Source: Hormiphora californensis (taxonomy: Eukaryota; Animalia; Ctenophora). Taken from it: 64,000 nt of DNA. Under the pieces are notes generated by a model. That model was not told the DNA's origin, made no database searches, and saw only the letters and a program-made list of their open reading frames with translations. Positions 52,283 through 64,000 of this stretch are shown here, piece by piece (positions within the stretch are counted from its first letter, which is position 1; every line of letters begins with the position of its first letter). The stretch lies in assembly GCA_020137815.1 (NCBI GenBank), contig CM035357.1, forward strand, positions 682,001-746,000, read 5' to 3'. Both the position numbers and the translations under genes were made by a program.

Positions 52283-52652
52283 GTTTCGCGTTGAGTAGCG
52301 GTCTAACAGGAAACTAACAGTGTGTTCTCTCGATATTTCGGTCGTTCTCAGTTTTGTGGTAATTTATTGCTAACATGTAAGTGCAATATAATAGTAATTT
52401 ATTCGTTTTATACACAAAGTTGTTATGTTTCTAAACCACCATACCGGTGCACACTGCACACTCAGTGTGCACTGCACACTACAGTCGTACTCTGATTTAT
52501 TACCGATTAATTCAGTGTCCGACTGTATCAGTGTCGCTTGTAGTGGAGAAATGGTGTTTCGATACCGTTTCTCCACTACACGCGGATCTCCACACGTTTG
52601 TCGAGTATAACAAGCTCTTTAACAAAGGTCAGGTGAACGGCTAGTTGAAGTA

Positions 52653-54388
52653 ATGAAAGCAGAGGATGTGGAAGAGAGTAATTCCCACCGAGTTAAACAG
52701 AGTCTCCTGGCCCGATCTAAACTAAAGGAAGCAAGCAGAATATCCAGTCTTCTATCAGGTAATGGTTTGAACCGAATCAGGAAATACTGGTCCCTGATTG
52801 GCTGATAACCAGTCACGTGACCTAAATAACGAGTTCTGATTCGCCAATGCTCTGACAGGTATTGGTTTTACAGTGCCCCAGACAGATCTGTATTTCCCCC
52901 GAAATATACTGTGGTGAAACCCAATCGAATATACTTTTCACGACTTTCGATAATGGCTAATGAACGACTACAAATCCTCCTCCCTGCAGGTTTTGCAATG
53001 GTTGCAATGGTGGAGGTCGATCTCAACTCGTGCCCAAGTGGAGGAGGTGGTGGGGGTGGAGGTATGAATTCTTCCTCTGATGATCAGGAATGTACCCCCG
53101 TGCCAACTTATATTCTAGTAATGTTTGCTGGTGTAACTACTGTCCTCATATCGGTCTACCTGTTTGCTCTAATGGTGGCTACCTGCATCCTACCAAACCT
53201 TCAGGTACACAAGTTAGTAGTCACGTGATGCCCAAATATGGTATAATACTCTTTACAAGTTGGTATTACCGTACCTACAAGTTAGTGAAGTGGTGTTATT
53301 CTAACCCATCATTTGCCATTATATGTGCCGGGGCGAGAGGGGGTCGAGCAAGGATATTAGTTTGCTCATAATTGACACTAACTATCTCTTAATTTAGTCA
53401 GTTAAATTAAAGACCACTTCTGTTATTGGCGCCTCTGCTACTAACGTCCTGCCAGCACACGAGAGATTCCAACATTACATAACCATAGCTTGGGCATTCT
53501 CAACCGTGCTAGGTGAGTCTGGGATGTGAAGGTGGGGGGGGGGGGGGGGCATTCTCAACCGTGCTAGGTGAGTCTGGGATGTGCGGGGGGGGGGGGGGGG
53601 GCTTTTCAACCGTGCTAGGTGAGTCTGGGATGTGCGGGGGGGGGGGGGGGCTTCTCAACCGTGCTAGGTGAGTCTGGGATGTGCGGGAGGGGGAGGGGGA
53701 TTTTCAACCGTGCTAGGTGAGCCTGGGATGTGCGGGGGGGGGGGGGGTCTGTGACACGTAATAGTTTATTGCGTGTCAATATAGCTTTCTCTCTTCCCTC
53801 CCTAACTCTCTCTCCTCTCCTCTCCTCTCCCTAACTCTCTCCCCTCTCCCCAGGTATTATACTATTTATGGCAGAATTCCTCCTGATATGCTGGATAAAG
53901 TTTTGGAACACGACCCAAGGAGCTGCTTGGCTTGCCACCAGCATTATCATTCCAGTTGCTTTCATTTTCATGGGTTTCGCACTGCACTTCCACAGGTTAG
54001 AAAATACCCCCCTTCACCCTTGTCTCATATAAGACCGTCCTCTTCGCACCGGGCCGATGTACAGTCAGTGTCTGACACCCCCGTCAATATAGATCCGGAT
54101 ATAATTGGCGCTCAAATAAATTTACGGATCCCTGATTGGACTTCCAGGAAATAAGCTTCGGAAATAACGACAGGGGATACCTGTCCTTATTTCCTTGCAC
54201 CGGCCGTGTAACATCCTCCCCTCCCCCTAATCAGGTCTCTATTTGAACATAAATTGGAAGAACACGACAAGGGACTGGAAGAATTGGATCAACTCGCTAA
54301 CAACCTTTCCAACTTCCCAGAGGATAGAGCCGAGAGTATGGACAGTGTAAATCTGCTGTCACACCGCTCCGATGTGCACCATGTGTGA
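52653..54388 (+). CDS. ORAI: Orai (CRAC channel pore). Exons 52653-52758, 52990-53204, 53398-53512, 53854-53995, 54235-54388
   Basis: RSKLKEASRISSLLSGFAMVAMVEV, LFALMVATCILP, HERF.HYI.IAWAFSTVLG, LFMAE...WIKF, FALHFHRSL..HK. Confidence 0.95.
53492..53750 (+). repeat. Tandem array of the Orai exon-3 end plus donor (real site + 4 decoys, ~50-bp unit)
   Basis: ttctcaaccgtgctag|GTGAGTctgggatgtg-G(n) five times. Confidence 0.92.
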
Positions 54389-56133
54389 GCGGTGTGAGTG
54401 TGAACTGTGTGAGTGTGAACGCAAATAGAAGTGTGATCAGTGCCACACGCCTGCAGTAGTGTTTCAGAAATGTATTTTATGGTGAACTTAGTAGAACACT
54501 AGAACAATTTACACATTTTACGTATGTTTGCTGACAAAATTATTAAAAACAAGAATTATTGCATTATGTATTCATAATGCTGTGTTTCCCTGCCCTACCG
54601 TTTCACGTCAGGACATGTCACTCCATGAACGGTTAGAGGCTGGTTCAAGATCACTGTATCATACCGGATTAGCTTAGTAACTTTAATAGACAGGGATGTA
54701 CTATCTCACTGACATTGCACCTTATTCATCCACGTTAACATCTCCCCTAATCACTCATTTGAAATAAATGTTGGAACACGAACGCAGGCTGAAGATTAGT
54801 TAAGCTCGCTGACGACCTTTCCACACTCCCATCAACGGTATGAGGTTGATGAAGTGGTACTCGTCACTGTGCAGCACTCTAGTCCCATCCGATGTGCACC
54901 ATGTGCAGCGGTGAGTGTGAGAATATGCGTTAACGAATTAGGAATAAAATCGTTGCTACAATTCTAACCCGTGCTATGCCACAAACCTTTCTGTAAAGTT
55001 TACAGAAATGTATTTAATGGACCTTGGAACGCAGGGAAAAATTAACTGTTTCATATTTATTATTTGCGTCACAAATATTTAAAAAAAACCTGCTTCAATT
55101 TATTATTTCGGTCCCTATTCATTAAAATTCTAAAACAGTTCGTCTCACTTCTCCCATAGATCTCGGCCCTTTAGGATTTCCATCGTGAGTCTGCGCCTGT
55201 ACTCCCCAAGAATCTTCCACAACGCTAATGCGCGCTAGCTAAATGCCGTTAGTAACAACTTACACAATTCAATTCGGCCTATGCGCGCTACTGGAAGGAT
55301 TATTTTATGGAAAATTACAACATTTTCATACAAAGACGTTTTAAAATCTATTTACAAGAATTAAAAGGCACTCGAAGGTAGGGACAAATTAAAATGGGCC
55401 ACTCATATCACACGAGAGGTAGGGAGAGAAAACATATCAATAACACACGCTGATTATATGAGAGAGGTATGTAAAATAAAGGGTGTCCTAAAAGGGGTGC
55501 CCTCTTAAAAACACTGTCGTCACGAAATAAAACCAGTTTATTCATCAAGGGTTTTCAGCCAAGCGCTCGCATCCTGATCAGACCAGGCCCGGTCACAAAA
55601 TGGGGTGGAGCCTGTTAAAAGGTTAAACCGCTCCCTTGGTTTCTTTTTCAGGCAGGAGTTAACAAAAGTCACCAAATCTTCTGGACCTGAAAATATGTTA
55701 CATTTTGGTGATTTGTGTACAGGGTTCCCTGTTTTATAATCTCTCTCATTCCAAATATCGCTTGTTACATCACTAGGTTTTCACAGAAAGGGGTACACTG
55801 TGTAATAATTGGTGATGATGCAATGAAATGAGAGTGTGATAAACTTTGCCTTATTCGACCCTCTCTCCCGCGCCCCATAAAATGGGTTTGAACAAAACAA
55901 GACAAATTAACTGAACTAACCCTGATTTTCATTTAGTGCAGGTGCTTCCCCCTCTTTTATCTCACACATCAGTACCATCTCATTTTGCTGCCTTTCCTCT
56001 TGGATTCGATCACTGAGTGAACTCCCAGGAAGTTAGCCTTGGAAATAACGACAGGGGATACCTGTCGTTATTTCCCGGGCTTATTTCCTGACTTGCACCT
56101 TATTCAGTCGTGTAACATCCTCCCCCTAATCAG

Positions 56134-56287
56134 GTCTCTATTTGAACATAAATTGGAAGAACACGACAAAGGGCTGGAAGAATTAGATCAACTTGCGAAC
56201 AACCTTTCCAACTTCCCTGAAGACAGAGCTGAGAGTATGGACAGTGTGAACCTGCTGTCACACCGCTCCGATGTGCACCATGTGTGA
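56134..56287 (+). CDS. Second intact copy of the Orai terminal exon
   Basis: Same acceptor and the identical peptide; part of a duplication covering ~54140-54550 and ~56020-56470, with 55050-56010 repeated at 56460-57510. Confidence 0.7.
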
Positions 56288-59200
56288 GTGTGAACTGTGT
56301 GTGAGCGGTGTGAACACAAATAGAAGTGTGATCAGGGTCACATAAATATAAGTGTGATCAGTGTCACACGCCTGCAGTAGTGTTTCAGAAATGTATTTTA
56401 TGGTGAACTTAGTAGAACACTAGAACAATTTACACATTTTACGTATGTTTGCTGACAAAATTATTAAAAAAATGCTGTTCATATTTATTTATTTCGTCCC
56501 TAATGTCCATTTTTTTTCAACTGTTCACCCCCCAAAGTCGTGCGCGGAATTGTTTTGCGCGTTTATCATATGTTAACGTATAGCGCGCGCAGCGCAAATT
56601 AAAATATCGCACGCGCACGAGTTGAGGGGTGAACAGTTGAATAAAAATGGACTTTATTATTTCAAAACTGAAAACCGTCTCTCAATTCTCCAGTCGAGTC
56701 CGCCCTTTCAGGAAGACTTTCATCAAGTGTGTAGCGCGCCATGTATCTCCCCATAGAGTACTTCGCGCAACACTGAAACCCATGCGCGCAAGCTAAATGC
56801 CGTTAATAACAACTTTGACACCACTCACAAGTTCGGCTAAGCGCGCTACTGAAAGATGTACTGGATTGAACAAAACAAGGATTTTCATATCAAAGAATAT
56901 TTTAAATCTATTTTACAAAATTAAAATGGGCCACTCATATCACACGAGAGGTAGGGAGAGAAAATATCAATAACACACGCTGATTATATGAGAGAGAGGT
57001 ATGTAAAATAAAGGGTGTCCTAAAAAAAGGGGGTGCCCTCTTAAAAACACTGTCGTCACGAAATAAAACCAGTTTATTCATCAAGGGTTTTCAGCCAATC
57101 GCTCGCTTTCTGGTCAGACCAGGCCCGGTCACAAAATGGGGTGGAGCCTGTTAAAAGGTCAAACCGCTCCTTTGGTTTCTTTTTCAGGCAAGAGTTAACA
57201 AAAGTCACCAAATCTTCTGGACCTGAAAATATGTTACATTTTGGTGATTTGGGTACAGGGATTCACTGTTTTATAATCTCTCTCCCTTGTTTTTCACAGA
57301 CAGGGGGTACACTGTATACTTGGTAATGATTTAATACAAAGAGCCCCCTGAATACCCCTCTCTCCCCCCGGCCCCATAAAATGGGTTTAACAAACAACAA
57401 ACTTTTTGGGTCTGGACAACCCTATTTTTCTTTTCATTCAGTGCTTCCCCTCTTTTATCTCACACACAACCATCCCCCCTTCTGTTGCCTTTTCCTTTTG
57501 GATTCAGCCTTGTTTGGGGTTTTTCCATGTCCACGGACGGGGAGAAATTAAAAATTTGTTGGTTAAAAATTAGAAATTTTTAATTAGTTAGAAAATTGTT
57601 AATTATTTTATCTGTGACTAATGACACAATACTGGGTCAACCAACAAATTTAGTGACACTGGTTCAATCTTGTACCTAGCACACTACTGACTCAGTAAAA
57701 TAACGGTACCTAGCTCATACAACCCTGATCCATACTCCCACCTTGATGTCGTATCTCCGTGGTCCCCCTCGGGTATATGAAGGCACCCAAAACCCCATGA
57801 GAAAGAGGAGAAGAGAGAGAGAGAAAGGAAAAGGGGGAGAGAGGAAAAGGAGAGAGAAGAAGGGAGGGGAAGGGAAGGGAAGAAGAGGGGGAAAGGGGAA
57901 AAGGGGGAGAAAGAAAAAACCCTTTTCCCCCTTTCCCTTTTTTCCTCTCCCCTTTTCTTCTTTTCTTCTCCCTCTCCCCCCTCCTCTTCTCTCTTTTCGC
58001 TCCATCTTTTTATGGGGGTTGCCCCCTTCTTTTTTGTCCCTCATCAAAAAAACTTTTTCCAAAACCAAAAACAGTAACTTTCCCACCTCCCCTTCCTTTT
58101 TTCCCTAAAAAACATTCTGGGCATGATTCCCGTTGGTAGACACATTGATAGGAGAGAGAGCTATCCCATTTCTATGTATTATACATTAAGGGGACATTTG
58201 TCCTTTTTAAAATTTAAAACCCCCCCCCCCCCCCCCTCTCTTGCTTGCTCTCTCTCTGTCATCTCCTCCCTCTCTCTCACATCCTCTCTCTCTCTCACAT
58301 CCTCCCTCTCTCTCTCTCTGTCATCTCCTCCCTCTCCCCCTCTTTTCTCCCTCTCCTCCCTCTTCTCTCCTTCTTTCTTCTCCTCTCCTCTTCCCTCTCC
58401 TCTCTCTTTTCTTCTCTCTCCCCTCTCTCTTCCTCCCCTCCTCCTCCTCTCTCTTTATTTGGCCTGCCAAAGGGGAGTGTTTTAAATTTTTTTTTCTAGC
58501 GCACCGTTTTTGGGTTTGGGCTTTCTTTGGCCCGGGGCTGTTCAAATAAACTTGAGGGTGTTTGGCAAAAAAGGGGGCATAATTGGACAACCCAAATTTT
58601 TGGACAATTAAGAAAGGAAACCCCTAAACCCCTTGGAGATTTTACGCCCAAAATCTGAAGGGCAGGTTATTTTTTGGTAACCTTAGCAACTATGCCCAAT
58701 GGAAACTGTATACTGCCATCATCACCCATCATTTGATCGTTCTTCTCTCGAATTTTCCCTTCCAATCTGGTGAAAGTCCCCCGGTACAGATGATAAATTT
58801 AGTAAATTATTAATATATAATATAAATTTTAAAAGAATATAAAGAAATATTTGTACCGCTAAAATTTTAATTTGGCAGACATGTAATTTGGCAGACATGA
58901 ATACTTTGGTTTTCTAATAATTGACATCACATCATTCAGGTGAATTAATTAGAGTTAACAGGGCAAACACCAGGAACCGACCGAAACGTAAAAAACCAAA
59001 CGACTCCTATTTAGGTCACTGACTGGTTTCACCAAAACAGGGGGCCCGATTTTCCCGTTTGGTCTTCCTGGCAAACACTTACTTTAGAAAAACGTGTCCA
59101 TAGCTCAAAGTACATTTAACGTTCACAAAATGTATCTAGGCCCCCTAAAATTCCTAGACTGGTGCTTCCCTTTAGTCCCCTTTTTCTCTTACAATATAAC

Positions 59201-61358
59201 TAAGAACACGCGGGGTGAGGTATTAATTTAATTAATTAAATTACTTACCTTACTCCGTTTTTTAAAAAAAACGTTTTTATTTAAGAAAATTTTTTTTAAG
59301 AAAACTTTTCAAATGTAAATCACACAATTCAAAAGACACCACAACAAAATAAAAACACCCCAAAAATTTTGTTTGTTTTTTGATAAGGAAAAAAAATTTC
59401 CTTTTTGTTTTTGGATGCTTACCCCCTTTTATTTTCCCCTAGAAAAAAATTTTCCCTTTTTTAAAAGTTTCTTGAAATATCCCGGGGGTTTAAATTTAAA
59501 CCCGGGGGGAGTAAGGTAATTAAATTAATTAAAACCAATCATTTAGCCCAAAATAATTCAGGGTTTTTTACCCCCTTTCCCCTGTTTGGACCCCTCCTCT
59601 TTCTGAAAACTTTTTCGGGGCAAGTTGAATTTTTCAGAATGTCCCCTTGACGTTTTAGGAAAACACATCTCCATACTGGCCACTCCCTAACATAATCGTC
59701 TCACCGTCAACATTGCGGATATCTAAAGAAAAGGATGGGTGTGACTGTGTATCATTCATTGGAGCTGAATTTTACATCCCCCTGTATGGAGACAACTTTG
59801 GAGGAATTATATCTAAAGGAAAGGGGTGGGGGGGTTTTGGTAAAATTTTCAATGAAATAATTCATATTTTAAAATTTATATGTTTTAATTTTATGGTATA
59901 AGTCATGTAGCAAATTTTTACATTAATTTGGGCTTTCCCCAAAACAAAAAATTTTTACAATGAAAAAATAAATAACTTAAAAATTTTCATTGTTTTTTGT
60001 ACCCCCCTGTAGGGAGGTTTACTATTGAGGAATTGTTTAACCCACCCACCAGGAACCGACCAAATCGGGAAAAATATGGCCCCCGATTGGTGAAAACCCG
60101 TAAAGTGCCCTAAAAAAACCGGGGTTCTGTTTGGGTTTTGGTTACTTTTTTCGGGGGTTTTCCGCCAGCAATTACCCCTTTTTTTTGTTCGTTTTTTAAC
60201 CCCAAAAATTTTTTAAAATTTCCCGAATAAAAACCATTGGCCAGGGGTTTGGGGGTTGAGCCCCCCTGGGAAAAGACCAAGGCCCTTGGGGGCCTGGGCC
60301 TAGACATGGTCATAGGCTATAAATAGGGAGGGAGGTTAGGAATCCATGAAAGATGAAACAATGAATAATGAATGAATGAACTAATGCAATGAAATATTTG
60401 CCTTGTTTGAACAATGAAATATAAAGCGGGTATTATTGATGGATCAGTACTACACTGCCCAGTACCCCTGATACATGATCCTAGATAATTATCCCCGGAT
60501 CCTATTAGATATAATTATTGTATGTACAACGAAATAAAGATACTACAAAATATCATGTCACATTCACAGGATTATAATATCAATAAATTCTTTTTTTTTT
60601 TTTTTTTTTTTTTCCCCCCCCCTTTTCTCTTTTTCTTTCTCTTTCTTTTCTCTTTTTCCGGGGTCTTTTTCCCTTTTCCCCTTTTCTTTCTCTTTTTCCT
60701 TTTTCTTTTTTTTTTCTCTTTCCCCGCCTTTCCTTTCTCTTTTTTTTCTCTCTCTTTCTTTTCCCTTTTTCTTTTTTTTTTACTTTTTTCTTTTTCTTTC
60801 TCTTTTTTCCTTTTTTCTTTCTCTTTCCCTTTCTCTTTCTCTTTTTTTCTTTCTCTTCTCTTTTTTTCTTTCTCTTTTTTCTTTTTCTTTTTTTCTCCTT
60901 TTTTTCCTTTTTCCCTTTTTTTTTCTCTTTTTTCTTTTTTCTTTTTTTTCTTTCTCTTTCTTTTTCTTTTTTTCTCTTTCTCTTTCTCTTTCTTTTTCCT
61001 TTTTTACTTTTTTTCTTTTTATTTTTACCCCAAAACCCCCTTTGAAAAAAAGTATTCCTCTTTGAAAGCTGGGTTTCCCGTTTCACCACCCCTTTTGGAT
61101 GATGCCGATCCCCGGGCCTTTGGGGGCGGGCACTTAGGGTTTTCCCTCACTTAACAAACTCACACAAATAAATAGGATTGAAAGGGCTTATTTTGGGGAT
61201 GTTTTGGACAAATCTAGGAAAATTACAGATGTACCCCGCATTTCTTGGGTTTCATGTAAATTTTCAGGGGCCCCCGGGGACTACACCTCACGAGCCGGCC
61301 TGAACCATTTAACCCATGGTAAAACCCCTTTGGGAACGACATCATCCCGGGCCCTTAC

Positions 61359-61757
61359 CTTCTTGTGAGTAAACCAGTGCATTTTCTGGCACACAGCATT
61401 GCAATAGAACACCTGCTTGCAGGCACTGCACCTCTTCTCTGCTCCCATCTCCCCACAGGTACGACAGGCAAATTCATCCACGTCAACGTGTCGTCCATTT
61501 AGTGTGGTCATGACGAAATAGAGGGCAGGTTTACCTGTGGAGAGAGAGAGAGAGAGAAGAGAAGAGGAGAGAGAGAAGAGAGGAGAGAGAGGGATAGAGG
61601 AGGCGGAGAAGAGAGAGAGGAGAGAGAGAGAGAGATAAAGCGAGAGAGAGAGAGAGAGAGAGAGAGGAGGAGAGAAAGAGGGGAAATAGAGAAGGGAGAG
61701 AGGGGAGAGAGGAAAGAAGAGAGAGGAAAAAGGAGAGGAGAGAGGAAGAGAGAGAGT

Positions 61758-61817
<60 letters not shown>

Positions 61818-62852
61818 GAGAGATATTGCTTCCTACCTTCACCAGGTGTTATAGGGGCGAGTGTCCGGACAAGCTGGAGCACAAGTTGGGATGAAGAGAA
61901 CCTAAATGTCCTGATAGCTCTCCTAACCAGCTGTTCAACATTGATCGCGAAACCATCCAGTTTCCGGCCTAACAACAAGTATTTGATAGTTCCGTCTACA
62001 TCATCCGAACGCTTTTCTACCTGCAATAGTTGTACTTGTTAAATTACTGGTGTCTAGTGGGTAGCTGGGGCGTGAAGAACATATTGTATAAAGAAAGAAG
62101 GGAACGGGGAGATAACCCAAGCTGAACTAATCTACAAATTTCATAGAACTGAACTAAACTGATCTACAAAATCAATGGAATTAATTTATTTATAGATTCA
62201 GAATATTTACATACCTCCTCAAGTATGCACATAATGTAATGTATCTTGAGGCCATAACCTCATTAACAATCACTTTGAACTGTTTCTCAATGATCCTATC
62301 AAGGGTCCTATTCACCTGTACAGTACAGATATTAGGGAACAGCTTACAAAAATTACAGGGTAAGTTGCTCTGGAAAGATAGAGCTTGTAACTGGAAAGAT
62401 AGAGCTTGTTATACTAGGAACTAGGAAGTAAAAAAATATAACATGCTCAGTTCTAAGAACTAGGAAGTAAAAAATAACATGCATCATGATAATATTACAC
62501 ACATAAAACGGATCTATCAAATTACTGTAGAAACCTGAAGCCGATGAGCAGGCTCCACTAGTACTGTGTTCTCCTTGATATAAAGCAGGATCTTCACAGG
62601 ATTTAGGTTATTCATACAACAAATATGATGTAAAATAGGGGCTAAGTTAGGGGGTAGAAAATCGGTTTTGTCCAAACTCCTTGGTTCCGTATGATATATG
62701 ACATCTTGTAAGGGCAGATAGTTATTCAGAACAGCAAGGCACTCCTTTGATCCAACGAACGCAGCCATGTTAGCCGATGTTTTCCCGTTTTTGGCCCGTT
62801 TTTCCTGGTTCGCACCGGACCGTAAGCAACAGTTCCACCACTGGCCCCTGAC
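61359..62852 (-). CDS. ANKMY2: ANKMY2, partial. Exons 62852-62535, 62315-62215, 62020-61837, 61534-61359; 5' exons lie beyond the window and the last exon was not resolved
   Basis: GKTSANMAAFVG..C...NN, LPP.LA..LH.....NL.PVKI, NEVMA, QLVR.LAP...G, MYND finger CRTCGEMGAEKRCSACK...YC...CQKMHWFTHKK. Two 1-nt frameshifts, probably sequencing errors. Confidence 0.9.
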
Positions 62853-62941
62853 CTGATGAGAGCATGTATTATTAAACAGAGGGGGATGGCAAACACAGCA
62901 GGTGGCAAACAGATGGTATCATGATGCCATCAGTAGGAGAG

Positions 62942-64000
62942 AGCTAAATGATGACATGACAGAGTCAGCTAAATGATGACATGACAGAGTTAGCTAAATG
63001 ATGACATGACAGAGTTAGCTAAATGATGACATGACAGAGTCAGCTAAATGATGACATGACAGAGTTAGCTAAATGATGACATGACAGAGTTAGCTAAATG
63101 ATGACATGACAGAGTTAGCTAAATGATGACATGACAGAGTTAGCTAAATGATGACATGACAGAGTTAGCTAAATGATGACATGACAGAGTTAGCTAAATG
63201 ATGACATGACAGAGTTAGCTAAATGATGACATGACAGAGTTAGCTAAATGATGACATGACAGAGTTAGCTAAATGATGACATGACAGAGTTAGCTAAATG
63301 ATGACATGACAGAGTTAGCTAAATGATGACATGACAGAGTTAGCTAAATGATGACATGACAGAGTTAGCTAAATGATGACATGACAGAGTTAGCTAAATG
63401 ATGACATGACAGAGTTAGCTAAATGATGACATGACAGAGTTAGCTAAATGATGACATGACAGAGTTAGCTAAATGATGACATGACAGAGTTAGCTAAATG
63501 ATGACATGACAGAGTTAGCTAAATGATGACATGACAGAGTTAGCTAAATGATGACATGACAGAGTTAGCTAAATGATGACATGACAGAGTTAGCTAAATG
63601 ATGACATGACAGAGTTAGCTAAATGATGACATGACAGAGTTAGCTAAATGATGACATGACAGAGTTAGCTAAATGATGACATGACAGAGTTAGCTAAATG
63701 ATGACATGACAGAGTTAGCTAAATGATGACATGACAGAGTTAGCTAAATGATGACATGACAGAGTTAGCTAAATGATGACATGACAGAGTTAGCTAAATG
63801 ATGACATGACAGAGTTAGCTAAATGATGACATGACAGAGTTAGCTAAATGATGACATGACAGAGTTAGCTAAATGATGACATGACAGAGTTAGCTAAATG
63901 ATGACATGACAGAGTTAGCTAAATGATGACATGACAGAGTTAGCTAAATGATGACATGACAGAGTTAGCTAAATGATGACATGACAGAGTTAGCTAAATG
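62942..64000. repeat. Near-perfect 25-bp satellite (AGAGTTAGCTAAATGATGACATGAC)n, >=42 copies, in an ANKMY2 intron
   Basis: Read directly; runs off the end of the window. Confidence 0.97.

Noticed and set aside
57300-61300. Lys- or Phe-rich ORFs and odd composition
   Set aside because: Homopolymer-distorted low-quality sequence; known repeats here are visibly garbled.
62215-62852. ANKMY2 as a pseudogene
   Set aside because: Two single-base frameshifts next to error-rich sequence, with otherwise well-conserved protein; sequencing error is more likely.

Overview
Intron-rich, microsatellite-rich animal genomic DNA. It is probably a ctenophore such as Pleurobrachia; that is an unverified recollection of the repeat families, not something the window proves. 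Spliced genes I could reconstruct: a class A GPCR (+), PIERCE1/2-like (-), an unknown 212-aa gene (-), CaMKI (+, one exon not found), a probable C2H2 zinc-finger gene in noisy sequence, aspartylglucosaminidase AGA (+), a ~244-aa G-alpha-like protein with no helical domain and degenerate GTP motifs (+), COX18/OXA1-like (+), Orai (+) and the 3' part of ANKMY2 (-). Mobile DNA: a 5'-truncated CRE-clade RT/REL retrotransposon nested inside one LTR of a complete 568-bp TRIM (both TSDs visible), ~10 copies of a 109-bp hAT-type MITE carrying CCAAT and E-box motifs, a TA-TSD MITE family and several foldback elements. The strongest unexplained pattern is that about a dozen splice junctions in four genes are tandemly amplified into arrays of 2 to several dozen decoy splice sites. 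The functional site is always the copy touching the intact exon. A GC-rich array of novel spliced ORF cassettes lies at 45.4-49.6 kb. Stretches around 11.6-12.9, 18.2-18.95, 28.9-33.3, 54.6-56.0 and 57.3-61.3 kb look like unpolished, error-rich sequence.
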